Positions 1 to 8,435 of a stretch of DNA of 64,000 nt are shown here, in pieces. The first letter of the stretch is position 1. Each line of letters starts with the position of its first letter. The translations under genes and the position numbers were made by a program. Source of the DNA: Nitrososphaeraceae archaeon (GTDB lineage: Archaea > Thermoproteota > Nitrososphaeria > Nitrososphaerales > Nitrososphaeraceae); the NCBI GenBank assembly GCA_044870765.1, contig JBIOZG010000015.1, positions 1-64,000 on the forward strand. Reading direction: 5' to 3'. The notes beneath the pieces were generated by a model, which saw nothing but the letters and a program-made list of their open reading frames with translations, did not search any database and was not told where the DNA came from.

Positions 1-1
1 C

Positions 2-598
2 ATTAAATTAGAAAATAAGAAAGAAAAGTCAATCATCAACCTAGTCAAACCTAGGCATAAATTTGCTCCATATACACGGTCCGAAAGAAAAAAGCGAAGG
101 ACAGAAGTTTACAAACTCCATTTCGAACACGGTCTGCCTGCAACAAGAATAGCTGAACTTATGCAGGTTGATAGGAACACCATCAATAATGATCTTAAGT
201 TTCTTTACCGTCAGGCCCTTAACGATTACAATTTGGATAACATGAGTCTTGATGACATCCTAGAGAAACAGTTGGTTAGGCTTGAGGCCCAACGGGATAG
301 GCTCGGGATATATCTAAGTGATTCGAAAGGCGTTACTAATAAGGTAACAATTGAACGATTAATTGCAGATATAGATTTTAGAGTACTTATGGCAACTGAG
401 AAAATCAATCACAACACAGTACAATTTTATGACGAAATTATTAAGGCAGTCAATAACATAGCGGAAAATAAAAAATTAGATGTACGATTTACTAGCCTTT
501 TTGAATTGCGTGAGATTTCCATAGATTCGAGGGTTGATCTCGACAAACTCAGGGAAGATACATTAAATGGAAAAAGGAGAATGAAAAGTCTTGTATAA
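2..598 (+). CDS. HTH DNA-binding protein, 5'-truncated by the window edge
   Basis: The frame of ORF 161..598 is open back to base 2. It gives ...RKKRRTEVYKLHFEHGLPATRIAELMQVDRNTINNDLK, a classic helix-turn-helix, followed by a helical region. Confidence 0.7.
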   Translation: MKLENKKEKSIINLVKPRHKFAPYTRSERKKRRTEVYKLHFEHGLPATRIAELMQVDRNTINNDLKFLYRQALNDYNLDNMSLDDILEKQLVRLEAQRDRLGIYLSDSKGVTNKVTIERLIADIDFRVLMATEKINHNTVQFYDEIIKAVNNIAENKKLDVRFTSLFELREISIDSRVDLDKLREDTLNGKRRMKSLV

Positions 599-1148
599 TT
601 ATTTCCTCAACATTGCTATAGACATTTGTTTAAAGACCATGATAAAAGTAAGAAACGAGATGGAAAATATGGATGGTAGGATTTCAGTAAACGACATTGG
701 ATCCAAAGCCTGCGGTGTCTATTTATTTCTAACCAAATCGAACGACATTTTACCAATTATGAAGATAAGTTTAGAGATAGCAGATACTGAACTGGAAAAT
801 AATGAAATTGCTATTACCATAATCGGAAAATTGGAAGAACAAGAACATGGTACTCCTTTTGCTGATGTTTCGGCAAAAGCAATTTTGGATGATTATCAAA
901 ATCTAAAGCCTTGGGTAAAAGAAGGAATAGTTCATAGAATTGGACAGCCTAATGAGCCCAAGAGAATTGGAACCAGAAGTTTAGAAGTAAAATACAGAAT
1001 GCATGACGAATATTATCCAGAAGTAGATGAATTTGCTAATCACGATATTGATGAAGAAGGAATTGCTAAATCGCTTTTACCTTACATAGAATCATTACAA
1101 GAAATCTATTCAAGAATATATCCGACATCGAATTTTTCTTGTCACTAA
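591..1148 (+). CDS. hypothetical protein
   Basis: 185-aa ORF with no recognised motif; the true start may lie further downstream. Confidence 0.55.
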   Translation: MYNYFLNIAIDICLKTMIKVRNEMENMDGRISVNDIGSKACGVYLFLTKSNDILPIMKISLEIADTELENNEIAITIIGKLEEQEHGTPFADVSAKAILDDYQNLKPWVKEGIVHRIGQPNEPKRIGTRSLEVKYRMHDEYYPEVDEFANHDIDEEGIAKSLLPYIESLQEIYSRIYPTSNFSCH

Positions 1149-1358
1149 CACTAGAATGGTAACTCGTAGACTCGTATTGTTCATTATGTTTTGAAATGGG
1201 TCGCGAGCAAGTCAGCATGATAGGTGTAATTCAGATAGAGTAATAAAGATGGGAAAGATACAGGCATCAGGTGGCCGAGAGCAGTAGAAAATCATCGTGT
1301 TCGCGTTGTATTACGCTCTTCAAAATAAGTTTTGTTGTGTAAATCCTTTTAGAAACTA

Positions 1359-2432
1359 TTGACCAGGATAAAAGAGCGCACAGTTCTTATTTTCGGATAT
1401 CCCCTTGCGGTTCAACACCTTGGGGGTCTCGTCTGGATAAAAAAGGTCGTTGATTATATCGAGAAATCGGAGATGTTTGGTGTCAAAAAAGTTAGTAATT
1501 GTAGGCAGTCGACTTTTTACCGTATTCCATTTATTTGCGATATTCGTGCAGTAATGAGAGGTCTTTTTTCAAACCCTACTATTGCTATTTTGGATACATA
1601 TGGTGAGGCAGCAATCTGGATGTGGATTTTATTGCGTTTGTTTAGGCGCACCACAAAAATAGTAACAGTATTTCATCATTATGAACCTCTTTCAGTTAGA
1701 CACAAGAAATGCCTTAGATTGAATGCAAAATATTATTCGTTGATTGACCTTATTACAAAAATAATGCTTAGGAATAGCGATAAAATTATTACTGTCAGCA
1801 GGACCTCTATGCTGGAGTTAAGAACTATAGTACAAGTAAAGCCTGATACAGAAATAGCAATCGTGGGCTGTTCAAGTACAGATTATTGTAGCAACAACAA
1901 TAACGGTACAAGGGATATTGATTTTCTTTGTATCGGACGCCTTGAAAAATTTACCGAAATAGAAAATATCTGGAAAGAAATTAGAAAGAAGAAACCGTCA
2001 AGCAAGTTCGTAATGGCAGGAAGGTGCTCTTCAAAGGATTTGATGCGCCTAAGAAGAATAGGTATTGATCATCAGGGTATAGTTTCGGAAAAACAAAAGA
2101 TAGATCTTTTTATAAGGGCAAAAGTTCTTCTCTTTCCATCATTGTTTGAGGGTTTTGGTATCGCAGTAGGAGAGGCTCTTAGTGCTAGAATGATTGTCAT
2201 AACGTGGAAAATTCCGGCATTTGAAGAGAGGTTTCCGGGCCAGCCCATCGCCAACTTGAGATTGATTAAAGTTGGTAATGAAGAATTATTTGTAGAAAAC
2301 GCCTTGAAAGCAATTAATGATTACGATAAGTCAGATTACTCTCAAGCATCAATGGAAGACTTTGGAGTAACTAAGAGTTGGGACGAAGTGGGTAAACTTG
2401 TTGTCGATGCTCTTGAGACTAGTCTCATCTAA
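1359..2432 (+). CDS. glycosyltransferase family 4 (GT-B)
   Basis: SDKIITVS, FLCIGRL, and the FPSLFEGFGIAVGEAL (E-x7-E) GT4 signature. Confidence 0.9.
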   Translation: MTRIKERTVLIFGYPLAVQHLGGLVWIKKVVDYIEKSEMFGVKKVSNCRQSTFYRIPFICDIRAVMRGLFSNPTIAILDTYGEAAIWMWILLRLFRRTTKIVTVFHHYEPLSVRHKKCLRLNAKYYSLIDLITKIMLRNSDKIITVSRTSMLELRTIVQVKPDTEIAIVGCSSTDYCSNNNNGTRDIDFLCIGRLEKFTEIENIWKEIRKKKPSSKFVMAGRCSSKDLMRLRRIGIDHQGIVSEKQKIDLFIRAKVLLFPSLFEGFGIAVGEALSARMIVITWKIPAFEERFPGQPIANLRLIKVGNEELFVENALKAINDYDKSDYSQASMEDFGVTKSWDEVGKLVVDALETSLI

Positions 2433-2555
2433 TAAAAATTAACATCTTCTCTTTTAACTTCTGAAGTGGAAGTGAGCGGCTAGGTATATAAGAAGTTTTG
2501 TACATTGCTTTCCTGCAAATGGTAATAATAACGTTGTTATTAAAAATGAAAAAAT

Positions 2556-2723
2556 TTAAGTCGGGTCTTTTTCGTCATTATCCTCGTCGACCATTTCTGC
2601 TGCCTCTTCTCTTAAGTTTTCGGCAGGTCCAGTCGTCTCAGGATCCTTTTCAGCGGCTCCGGCTTTTTTCTGATTTTTCTGGGCTTCTTCAAGGCCCTTG
2701 CTATCGTCGGTTGTCTCACTCAT
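2556..2723 (-). CDS. small acidic hydrophilic protein (hydrophilin-like)
   Basis: From ATG 2723: MSETTDDSKGLEEAQKNQKKAGAAEKDPETTGPAENLREEAAEMVDEDNDEKDPT. E/D/K/A rich, no Cys or aromatic residues. Confidence 0.7.
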   Translation of the reverse strand: MSETTDDSKGLEEAQKNQKKAGAAEKDPETTGPAENLREEAAEMVDEDNDEKDPT

Positions 2724-2896
2724 TGTACCAATATACATAGCAACAAAGGTTAAGAATGTATCAAAAAATAATTGAATGAACCTAATTTTCTTTTTATTAT
2801 TTCATTTCTTGCAATGGATAATATAGAACAAATTAATAATTGATATTGATCTATCCTGAACTTCACACGGATAGGTTCCCGTTTCCGGCGGCTTAA

Positions 2897-3151
2897 CTAC
2901 GCCGTACGTTGATGCTTTTGAGATTTTATTTTATTCAGAAAATATCCTAAAAGAGTTTTGTGGTCCGCCAAGGCGCTTTTTCTCCAAAGGAGTTTATAGG
3001 TAATTTGAGAAATGATATACCAAGCAATTGAATTTACAAGAAGAGTAACAAAAAATCCTAAATAAACTGTCAGGAGTACTCCTGTTATTGTACCTCCTAT
3101 CAGGAAAGGAACCTGGCGCTTTATCGCTGTTACTACATTATGATCCGAAAT
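2897..3151 (-). CDS. putative small membrane protein with no canonical start (ATT?), missed by the ORF track
   Basis: 84-codon open frame ISDHNVVTAIKRQVPFLIGGTITGVLLTVYLGFFVTLLVNSIAWYIISQITYKLLWRK...QRTA*. Long hydrophobic segment with a basic tail; TTATTAA about 30 nt upstream. Confidence 0.5.
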   Translation of the reverse strand: MSDHNVVTAIKRQVPFLIGGTITGVLLTVYLGFFVTLLVNSIAWYIISQITYKLLWRKSALADHKTLLGYFLNKIKSQKHQRTA

Positions 3152-3333
3152 GTGCTACAACTATTAATACACAACAATCCTTAATAATGTACTTATTAGT
3201 TCTAAGCCTGTTAAGGTTCTAGACAACGACTGTAGCAACTCTTGGATGATGTTTCAGTAAATAAAGTTCAGCGGGCTGTAACTCTGTATTTTAAGGATGC
3301 CACAATAATAAACAATGTAGCGCTTTTAGTAGT

Positions 3334-4197
3334 ATGTTCATTTCCGTAAATAAATTGGCAAATGATTTGCCGAAGGACAAACCAGATAATTTAGCAGCAA
3401 ATGCGCTCCAAGAAGGCCTAGGAGGTCAATTCGGAGAGATGCGTACCATGATGCAATATTTGTTTCAAAATTTTAACTTTAGGGGAAAGGCTAAGCCCTA
3501 TCAGGATCTCATAAAAAGTGTTGCTGTAGAAGAGATAGGTCATGTAGAATTAATCTCTACCACCATAGGAATGCTATTGGATGGTTCTACGCCTGAAGAA
3601 CCTCCAAACAAACTACCACTAGAAATTGCTCTCAAGGCCGGCAATATTCATCACTTTCTAGTAGCGTCGCAAGGAGCCATGCCAGTAGATTCAGCAGGTA
3701 ATCCATGGTCGGGTTCTTATGTTTACAACAGCGGAAATCTTGTTTTGGATTTACTCTATAACCTTATGTTAGAGTGTACGGGAAGGTTACAAAAGTGTCG
3801 CCTTTACGCTATGAGTGACAACAAGTCATTTCGTGCAACCGTTTCATACCTGATTGTAAGAGATCTAGCACATGAGAAAGTATTCGCCAAGGCTCTAGAG
3901 TCACTGGGAGTAGATTGGGACAAGACATTCCCAGTACCAAAAACCGACAGTTCAAAAATGCCTGAAGTGAAAGCACTTGAAGAAAGAAACCTGCATAATC
4001 AACAGTGGACTTTTTCAAATGAAAAATCAGGTCTCTCCGAAATATTCGCAGGTTCATCTCCATTTGGCGACGGTGAATTAGAGGCATTGGATGGTCTTCC
4101 AGAAGGATTTGATATTCCGCAAATGCCAGAAGCACCTCAGGAATATGCTCCAGGACTCGACAAAGGTTTGAAGCAGAAAACTAAGTTAAGTGCTTAG
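3334..4197 (+). CDS. manganese (non-haem) catalase
   Basis: LQEGLGGQFGEMRTMMQYLFQ, EEIGHVE, DSAGNPWSGSY and YLIVRDLAH: the Mn-catalase family pattern with di-metal ligands. Confidence 0.93.
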   Translation: MFISVNKLANDLPKDKPDNLAANALQEGLGGQFGEMRTMMQYLFQNFNFRGKAKPYQDLIKSVAVEEIGHVELISTTIGMLLDGSTPEEPPNKLPLEIALKAGNIHHFLVASQGAMPVDSAGNPWSGSYVYNSGNLVLDLLYNLMLECTGRLQKCRLYAMSDNKSFRATVSYLIVRDLAHEKVFAKALESLGVDWDKTFPVPKTDSSKMPEVKALEERNLHNQQWTFSNEKSGLSEIFAGSSPFGDGELEALDGLPEGFDIPQMPEAPQEYAPGLDKGLKQKTKLSA

Positions 4198-4251
4198 TTT
4201 GTCAATCTGGTAATTATCCCTAATAAGGAATAATGTATATTCTGCCTTTGT

Positions 4252-4737
4252 ATGGCAGATAAAGAAATGATTGAAGAGAAAATAGGCGAAGCATTAGGAC
4301 TAGAGAAAGCAGCCCAAAAGGCTGTAGAGGAATTAGATTCTCGCGGTTTACTAGAAGCAGAACATATGAAAAAACTATCCAAAATGAAAGAGGAGGCCGG
4401 TGACCAAGAAGAACAAATGCAACAGTTAGTCCAAGAGTTGACAGAAAGCGATGGACTAGATGCATCCACTATTGAAGAAAAAGCAGAAGAAACAGCCGAG
4501 AAGGCGGCTAAAATAATGGAAACATATCTTGGAGAAGAGCCGGATACACAAGAAGCCTTAGAGTTTCTATGTTTAGCAGAAGGAGGAGAAGTGACACATT
4601 ATGAAGTTCTGGCTAGTATAGCAAAAGGTGTAAAGAATAAGAAGTTCGGGACGAAGGTAAGATCAATTCTAACGGAAGAAAAAAGGCATTTGAATTTATG
4701 CACTAAAATGGCTAAAGATAACGCGGCCTCAGAGTAA
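4252..4737 (+). CDS. ferritin-like four-helix-bundle protein (YciE/YciF/DUF892-like)
   Basis: All-helical acidic protein with LGLEKAA, AEGGEVTHYEVL and ILTEEKRH di-metal-type motifs; directly follows the Mn catalase. Confidence 0.75.
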   Translation: MADKEMIEEKIGEALGLEKAAQKAVEELDSRGLLEAEHMKKLSKMKEEAGDQEEQMQQLVQELTESDGLDASTIEEKAEETAEKAAKIMETYLGEEPDTQEALEFLCLAEGGEVTHYEVLASIAKGVKNKKFGTKVRSILTEEKRHLNLCTKMAKDNAASE

Positions 4738-4963
4738 GAATCCAACCTTCTTTTTATTTTTTCACTCGGGTATTGCCGCTTTATGTCCTTACTTAAGTAA
4801 CGCGCGACATTTTATAAAAATCTGGAATGTACGGGTCAATTATCACAGTTGACCGACTAAACATCCTTAAGAAAAATTTATAAAGTTCTATATTTTTATG
4901 ATTGCCCTTGGAAATGAATAGCGACCATTCCAGGTTAAAACAATTACCGAACGTGTCAAATCG

Positions 4964-5131
4964 ATGGTTTTTCTATGCATGTATTGCAATAATGATACCA
5001 CGATGTCAGCGTCAGTAATCGACTTTGAGTAACATGCCGCTGGAGCCTATGCAACAGCGTTTTTTATTTGTCCTGGTTGTCATAATAAATTCGTTGTAAA
5101 GATTCAGGATTTAGGTAAAGTCAGAAAATGA
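4964..5131 (+). pseudogene. small Zn-ribbon protein interrupted by an in-frame TAA
   Basis: MVFLCMYCNNDTTMSASVIDFE*HAAGAYATAFFICPGCHNKFVVKIQDLGKVRK*. Two CxxC knuckles in the same frame, separated by TAA at 5030-5032. Confidence 0.6.
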
Positions 5132-5241
5132 ATAATTCTTGTCATTAGTTCCCTTTGTTAACACAAGTTTGATAAAATATCTAATCTAATATCCTTAATT
5201 CGCTATGTAATTTATCGGCATAAAAATTGATTGGACTAATT

Positions 5242-5609
5242 CTAGTCCATTTTTTCTTCGGTCTTTTCTTTTTGGTACTCGCTATCTAAATCCTTGTCAG
5301 GATCTTCGACTTTGTTTGCAACTGCTTTTGCGCCGGCTTTAACCTTGTCTTCTGCATCCTCCAATTTTTCCCCTGCTTCGTTATATTCTCTGTTTTTCGT
5401 CTCTTCGTATGAGGATGTATGCATGTCTGTGTCTGTTGACTCTCTTGCCGTTTCTTTAACACCTTCTGTAGTGTCTTCAACTCCTTCTTTAGTGTCTTCA
5501 ACTGCCTCCTTAATTCCCTGTGCAGTGCCTTCAACTACTCCTGCAGTGCCACCAACTACTTCCTTAACTCCTTTTTTACTTTATCAAAAGCGTTTTCTTC
5601 CTCAGTCAT
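5242..5609 (-). CDS. LEA/hydrophilin-like repeat protein split by a -1 frameshift (pseudogene, sequence error or programmed frameshift)
   Basis: ATG 5609 gives MTEEENAFDKVK(K). The -1 frame continues KGVKEVVGGTAGVVEGTAQGIKEAVEDTKEGVEDTTEGVKETA...EKLEDAEDKVKAGAKAVANKVED... to the stop at 5242. Confidence 0.7.
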
Positions 5610-5671
5610 GTTAAACTCACTACAACAAGTTATTTAACGCTTCAATCGGGGCATCAAGTCACAAAAAATTA

Positions 5672-6013
5672 CTATTTCTGGTAACCCAACAAACTCTTTT
5701 CCCAATTCTTTTGGTGATCTTTACATACTTCATAAAACAGATAATCCAAAATTCTTAACTCACTGTGTAATTTATCGGCTTCGAAAATATCATGCGTTTG
5801 ATTTATTTTTAAAATAACATCATTCATTCGAGATTCCATAAGATCACTTATCTGCAAATTCGGATTTTTCATATTTTCTAAAACCCAATTTATTAATTCA
5901 ATCCTTTTTTTAAGATCTCGTTTGTAAGTTGATTCTTCATGTGTACGAGAAAGCCAAAGTTCTGATTCCTTTATATCTTGCAGCAGGATTTGATCTATAG
6001 TCATTACAGTCAA
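5672..6013 (-). CDS. hypothetical helical protein
   Basis: 113-aa ORF with protein-like composition (TYKRDLKKRIELINWVL). Confidence 0.7.
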   Translation of the reverse strand: MTVMTIDQILLQDIKESELWLSRTHEESTYKRDLKKRIELINWVLENMKNPNLQISDLMESRMNDVILKINQTHDIFEADKLHSELRILDYLFYEVCKDHQKNWEKSLLGYQK

Positions 6014-6108
6014 TTCGACTACTGAGAATTTAATATACGAAGTGCCTTATGGAGAGGGAGATAGACAGCAATGGATAATAAGATTCCTTTAGCACTTGAA
6101 GAAATCAA

Positions 6109-6282
6109 ATGAGGATCAAAAAAAAGGTATTGATTATTGTAATAGCCTTTTTCGCAATAATTGGAATTCTTTTCTCCGTTCTAATCGGTATATATTATTA
6201 CATGAGTTACACAATGCAGCAAGAAATTCGTGAATCGATGTCTGAGCCGGATAGTCAAAATCCTAATCTTAGCTCGCCATGA
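6109..6282 (+). CDS. small single-pass membrane protein (57 aa, below the ORF-track cutoff)
   Basis: MRIKKKVLIIVIAFFAIIGILFSVLIGIYYYMSYTMQQEIRESMSEPDSQNPNLSSP*: basic N-terminus, one TM helix, polar tail. Confidence 0.6.
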   Translation: MRIKKKVLIIVIAFFAIIGILFSVLIGIYYYMSYTMQQEIRESMSEPDSQNPNLSSP

Positions 6283-6487
6283 ATTAAGTATAAGATACCA
6301 AGCGGTTTAGCGAGAGGGAGACTCACGAAACGGATAATAGTTCATATTGGCGCTTATTAGCAGGGTTTAAGCAGTTATTATAGTTTGTATGGTACAACAA
6401 ACATCAGAGAATGCGCTTTTAATCAATTTTTCAAAATGTTAGTTAGGGCAAAGCAACTTTATTTGAGTCAGACGTATCAAGCATTAA

Positions 6488-7375
6488 TTGCAATTCTATA
6501 TTGGTTGTTCAGGATGGAGTTATTCTTCGTGGCAAGGACCTTTCTATCCTTCCAGTATGGATAACAAGGCCTGGCTGCCATATTACTCTCAAATTTTTGA
6601 CTATGTAGAGATTGATTCTACTTTTTACAATATTCCCAGTGAGTTAATGGTAAAAAACTGGAATAGGAGAACTCCTAATAATTTTAGATTTACGGCAAAG
6701 TTTCCCAAAATAATAACACATGATAAAAAATTTCAAAATGTAGAAAAGGATTTAGAATTGTTCTATGAAAGAATGGAACCCCTTAAAGAAAAGATATTAG
6801 CGTTACTAATACAGTTACCTCCATCTTACAAACTTAAAGAAGGGTTGGAAGACTTCAGTAGTCATGATTTTTTCTTTGAAGGTGATTTTCGATATGCAGT
6901 AGAAGTAAGACATTCATCATGGTTTAATGACCTAGCATACAACTTTTTCAAAAACAACAATATAGCAATGGTATGGAGTCAGATGGATAGACTTCAAACT
7001 CCTCCAATAGTAACATCTGATTTTGTCTATCTTAGATTAATAGGGGATAGAAGATTGAGTGAAAATCAATTTGGTAAAATCCAGATTGATAGGACTGAAG
7101 AAATTAGAAATTGGGCCAATAAAATAAAAGAAATAGAGCAAAACGAAAAACATGTCAAAGCAGCAATAGTAGCAGCAAATAACCATTATGGTGGTTATGG
7201 GCCAGGAACAGTTGACATCTTTCGACAAAATATTGATATGGAGCAATTATCCTTCGAGAATGTAGATATCCCTAGAATAAATCGAAACTTGGAACTAGAG
7301 TCTAGGGTTAACCTCAGTGAAAGAACACAAGGCAAGAAAGGCAAACAAACAAGCATATCCGACTTTGTTAATTGA
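6488..7375 (+). CDS. DUF72 (YecE-like TIM-barrel) protein
   Basis: IGCSGWSY..W, VEIDSTFY, FRFTAKFP, LIQLPPS, AVEVRH.SW, YLRLIG and ANNHY. Confidence 0.93.
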   Translation: MQFYIGCSGWSYSSWQGPFYPSSMDNKAWLPYYSQIFDYVEIDSTFYNIPSELMVKNWNRRTPNNFRFTAKFPKIITHDKKFQNVEKDLELFYERMEPLKEKILALLIQLPPSYKLKEGLEDFSSHDFFFEGDFRYAVEVRHSSWFNDLAYNFFKNNNIAMVWSQMDRLQTPPIVTSDFVYLRLIGDRRLSENQFGKIQIDRTEEIRNWANKIKEIEQNEKHVKAAIVAANNHYGGYGPGTVDIFRQNIDMEQLSFENVDIPRINRNLELESRVNLSERTQGKKGKQTSISDFVN

Positions 7376-7649
7376 TTTTAAAACTATCGAGACCATCCTT
7401 TATTGTGATTTGAGCCATGTTTGATATATCTGGCATTTTGGAGGTACTGGCTGTGGGAAATTACCAAAACCGGGAGGTTTATAATTCAAATTGATCTTAA
7501 TTCGTGAAGGTGGTATATAGACATTAAAACACCTTGATTTCAAGATGTAAAAATTTTATTGATGTATATATGGCGCTATGTCAAGGAAGATAGTACTAGA
7601 CTTTTGGACAAGTGTAGCTTTACATAGCTAAATGCTTCTCAAGACAAGA

Positions 7650-7659
7650 TTATATATAA
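7650..7659 (+). promoter_or_regulatory. TATA box of tRNA-Phe
   Basis: TTATATATAA 22-31 nt upstream of the mature tRNA 5' end. Confidence 0.6.
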
Positions 7660-7680
7660 TTTGTACAAAAGGTTAGCTGT

Positions 7681-7770
7681 GCCGTCGTAGCTCAGCCTGG
7701 GAGAGCACTCGACCTATGTGGGGTGAAGCTGAAGACCGAGCTGTCGTGAGCTCAAATCTCACCGACGGCA
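7681..7770 (+). tRNA. tRNA-Phe(GAA) with a 16-nt intron at non-canonical position 30/31 (7712-7727)
   Basis: Acceptor GCCGTCG/CGACGGC+A, D-arm GCTC..GAGC, anticodon arm CTCG[intron]G-CT GAA GA-CCGAG, T-arm GTGAG-CTCAAAT-CTCAC. A BHB motif forms at the junctions. Confidence 0.92.
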
Positions 7771-8081
7771 TAATAAATTAATCAAGACTTTTTCAAAATC
7801 ACGTTAGAGCTTGGAAGAATCTCTAGCTTATTAACAGTTAGGGAAAATTGGAGATGAATATCTGGCGTAAAAATATGCAGGACTCTTATTTATCAAATCT
7901 TGATTATTTTCAGAATTGCTCATTGCCTAACATCTTCTTGTCCCCAAGATCTGCTAGTCTTAGTAGTTTGATCTTTTTTATAGTAACTTTGTTTTATTAC
8001 AATAACAGCCAGTAATATCTTTAGAATTTAACATGACCGATAGAATCGAAACCATCTTAATTTCTTTGGCTTTGCTTAAAC

Positions 8082-8435
8082 TTAAAAGTCGCTAGAGCCA
8101 CCAGCACTGAACTTGCTGCCCTTTATACTAACAATGCCATCTTGGTCATTTATCCACTTTAAGAATTCTAGATCAAGAGGATGACTCACGATCATCTTTG
8201 TACCTTGTAGATAAAAGGCAGGAGCCATCCCAGTTTTCCTGATGACATTATTACGAACCGCTTCTGTGTCAAGTCCCTCTTTCAGAATAGTCTCTAGGGT
8301 GTAGATACTTTTCCCGCTTGCATTCCTGTCAAATATTAAAGAAACAACCAAGAGTGGATCTACTTTGGAGAATACCCTTTTTAAAATACTATCGAGGTCA
8401 TTAAATTTGTTTACCACATCTTCTACATCGCCCAA
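8082..8435 (-). CDS. hypothetical protein
   Basis: 117-aa ORF with a globular alpha/beta-like pattern. Confidence 0.7.
   Translation of the reverse strand: MGDVEDVVNKFNDLDSILKRVFSKVDPLLVVSLIFDRNASGKSIYTLETILKEGLDTEAVRNNVIRKTGMAPAFYLQGTKMIVSHPLDLEFLKWINDQDGIVSIKGSKFSAGGSSDF

Noticed and set aside
5286-5614. ORF-track calls 5286..5534(-) and 5294..5614(+)
   Set aside because: They are alternative-frame and antisense shadows of the frameshifted LEA-like gene.
7399-7545. Short Pro-rich minus-strand frame between DUF72 and tRNA-Phe
   Set aside because: Under 50 codons with a weak start and no motif; insufficient support.
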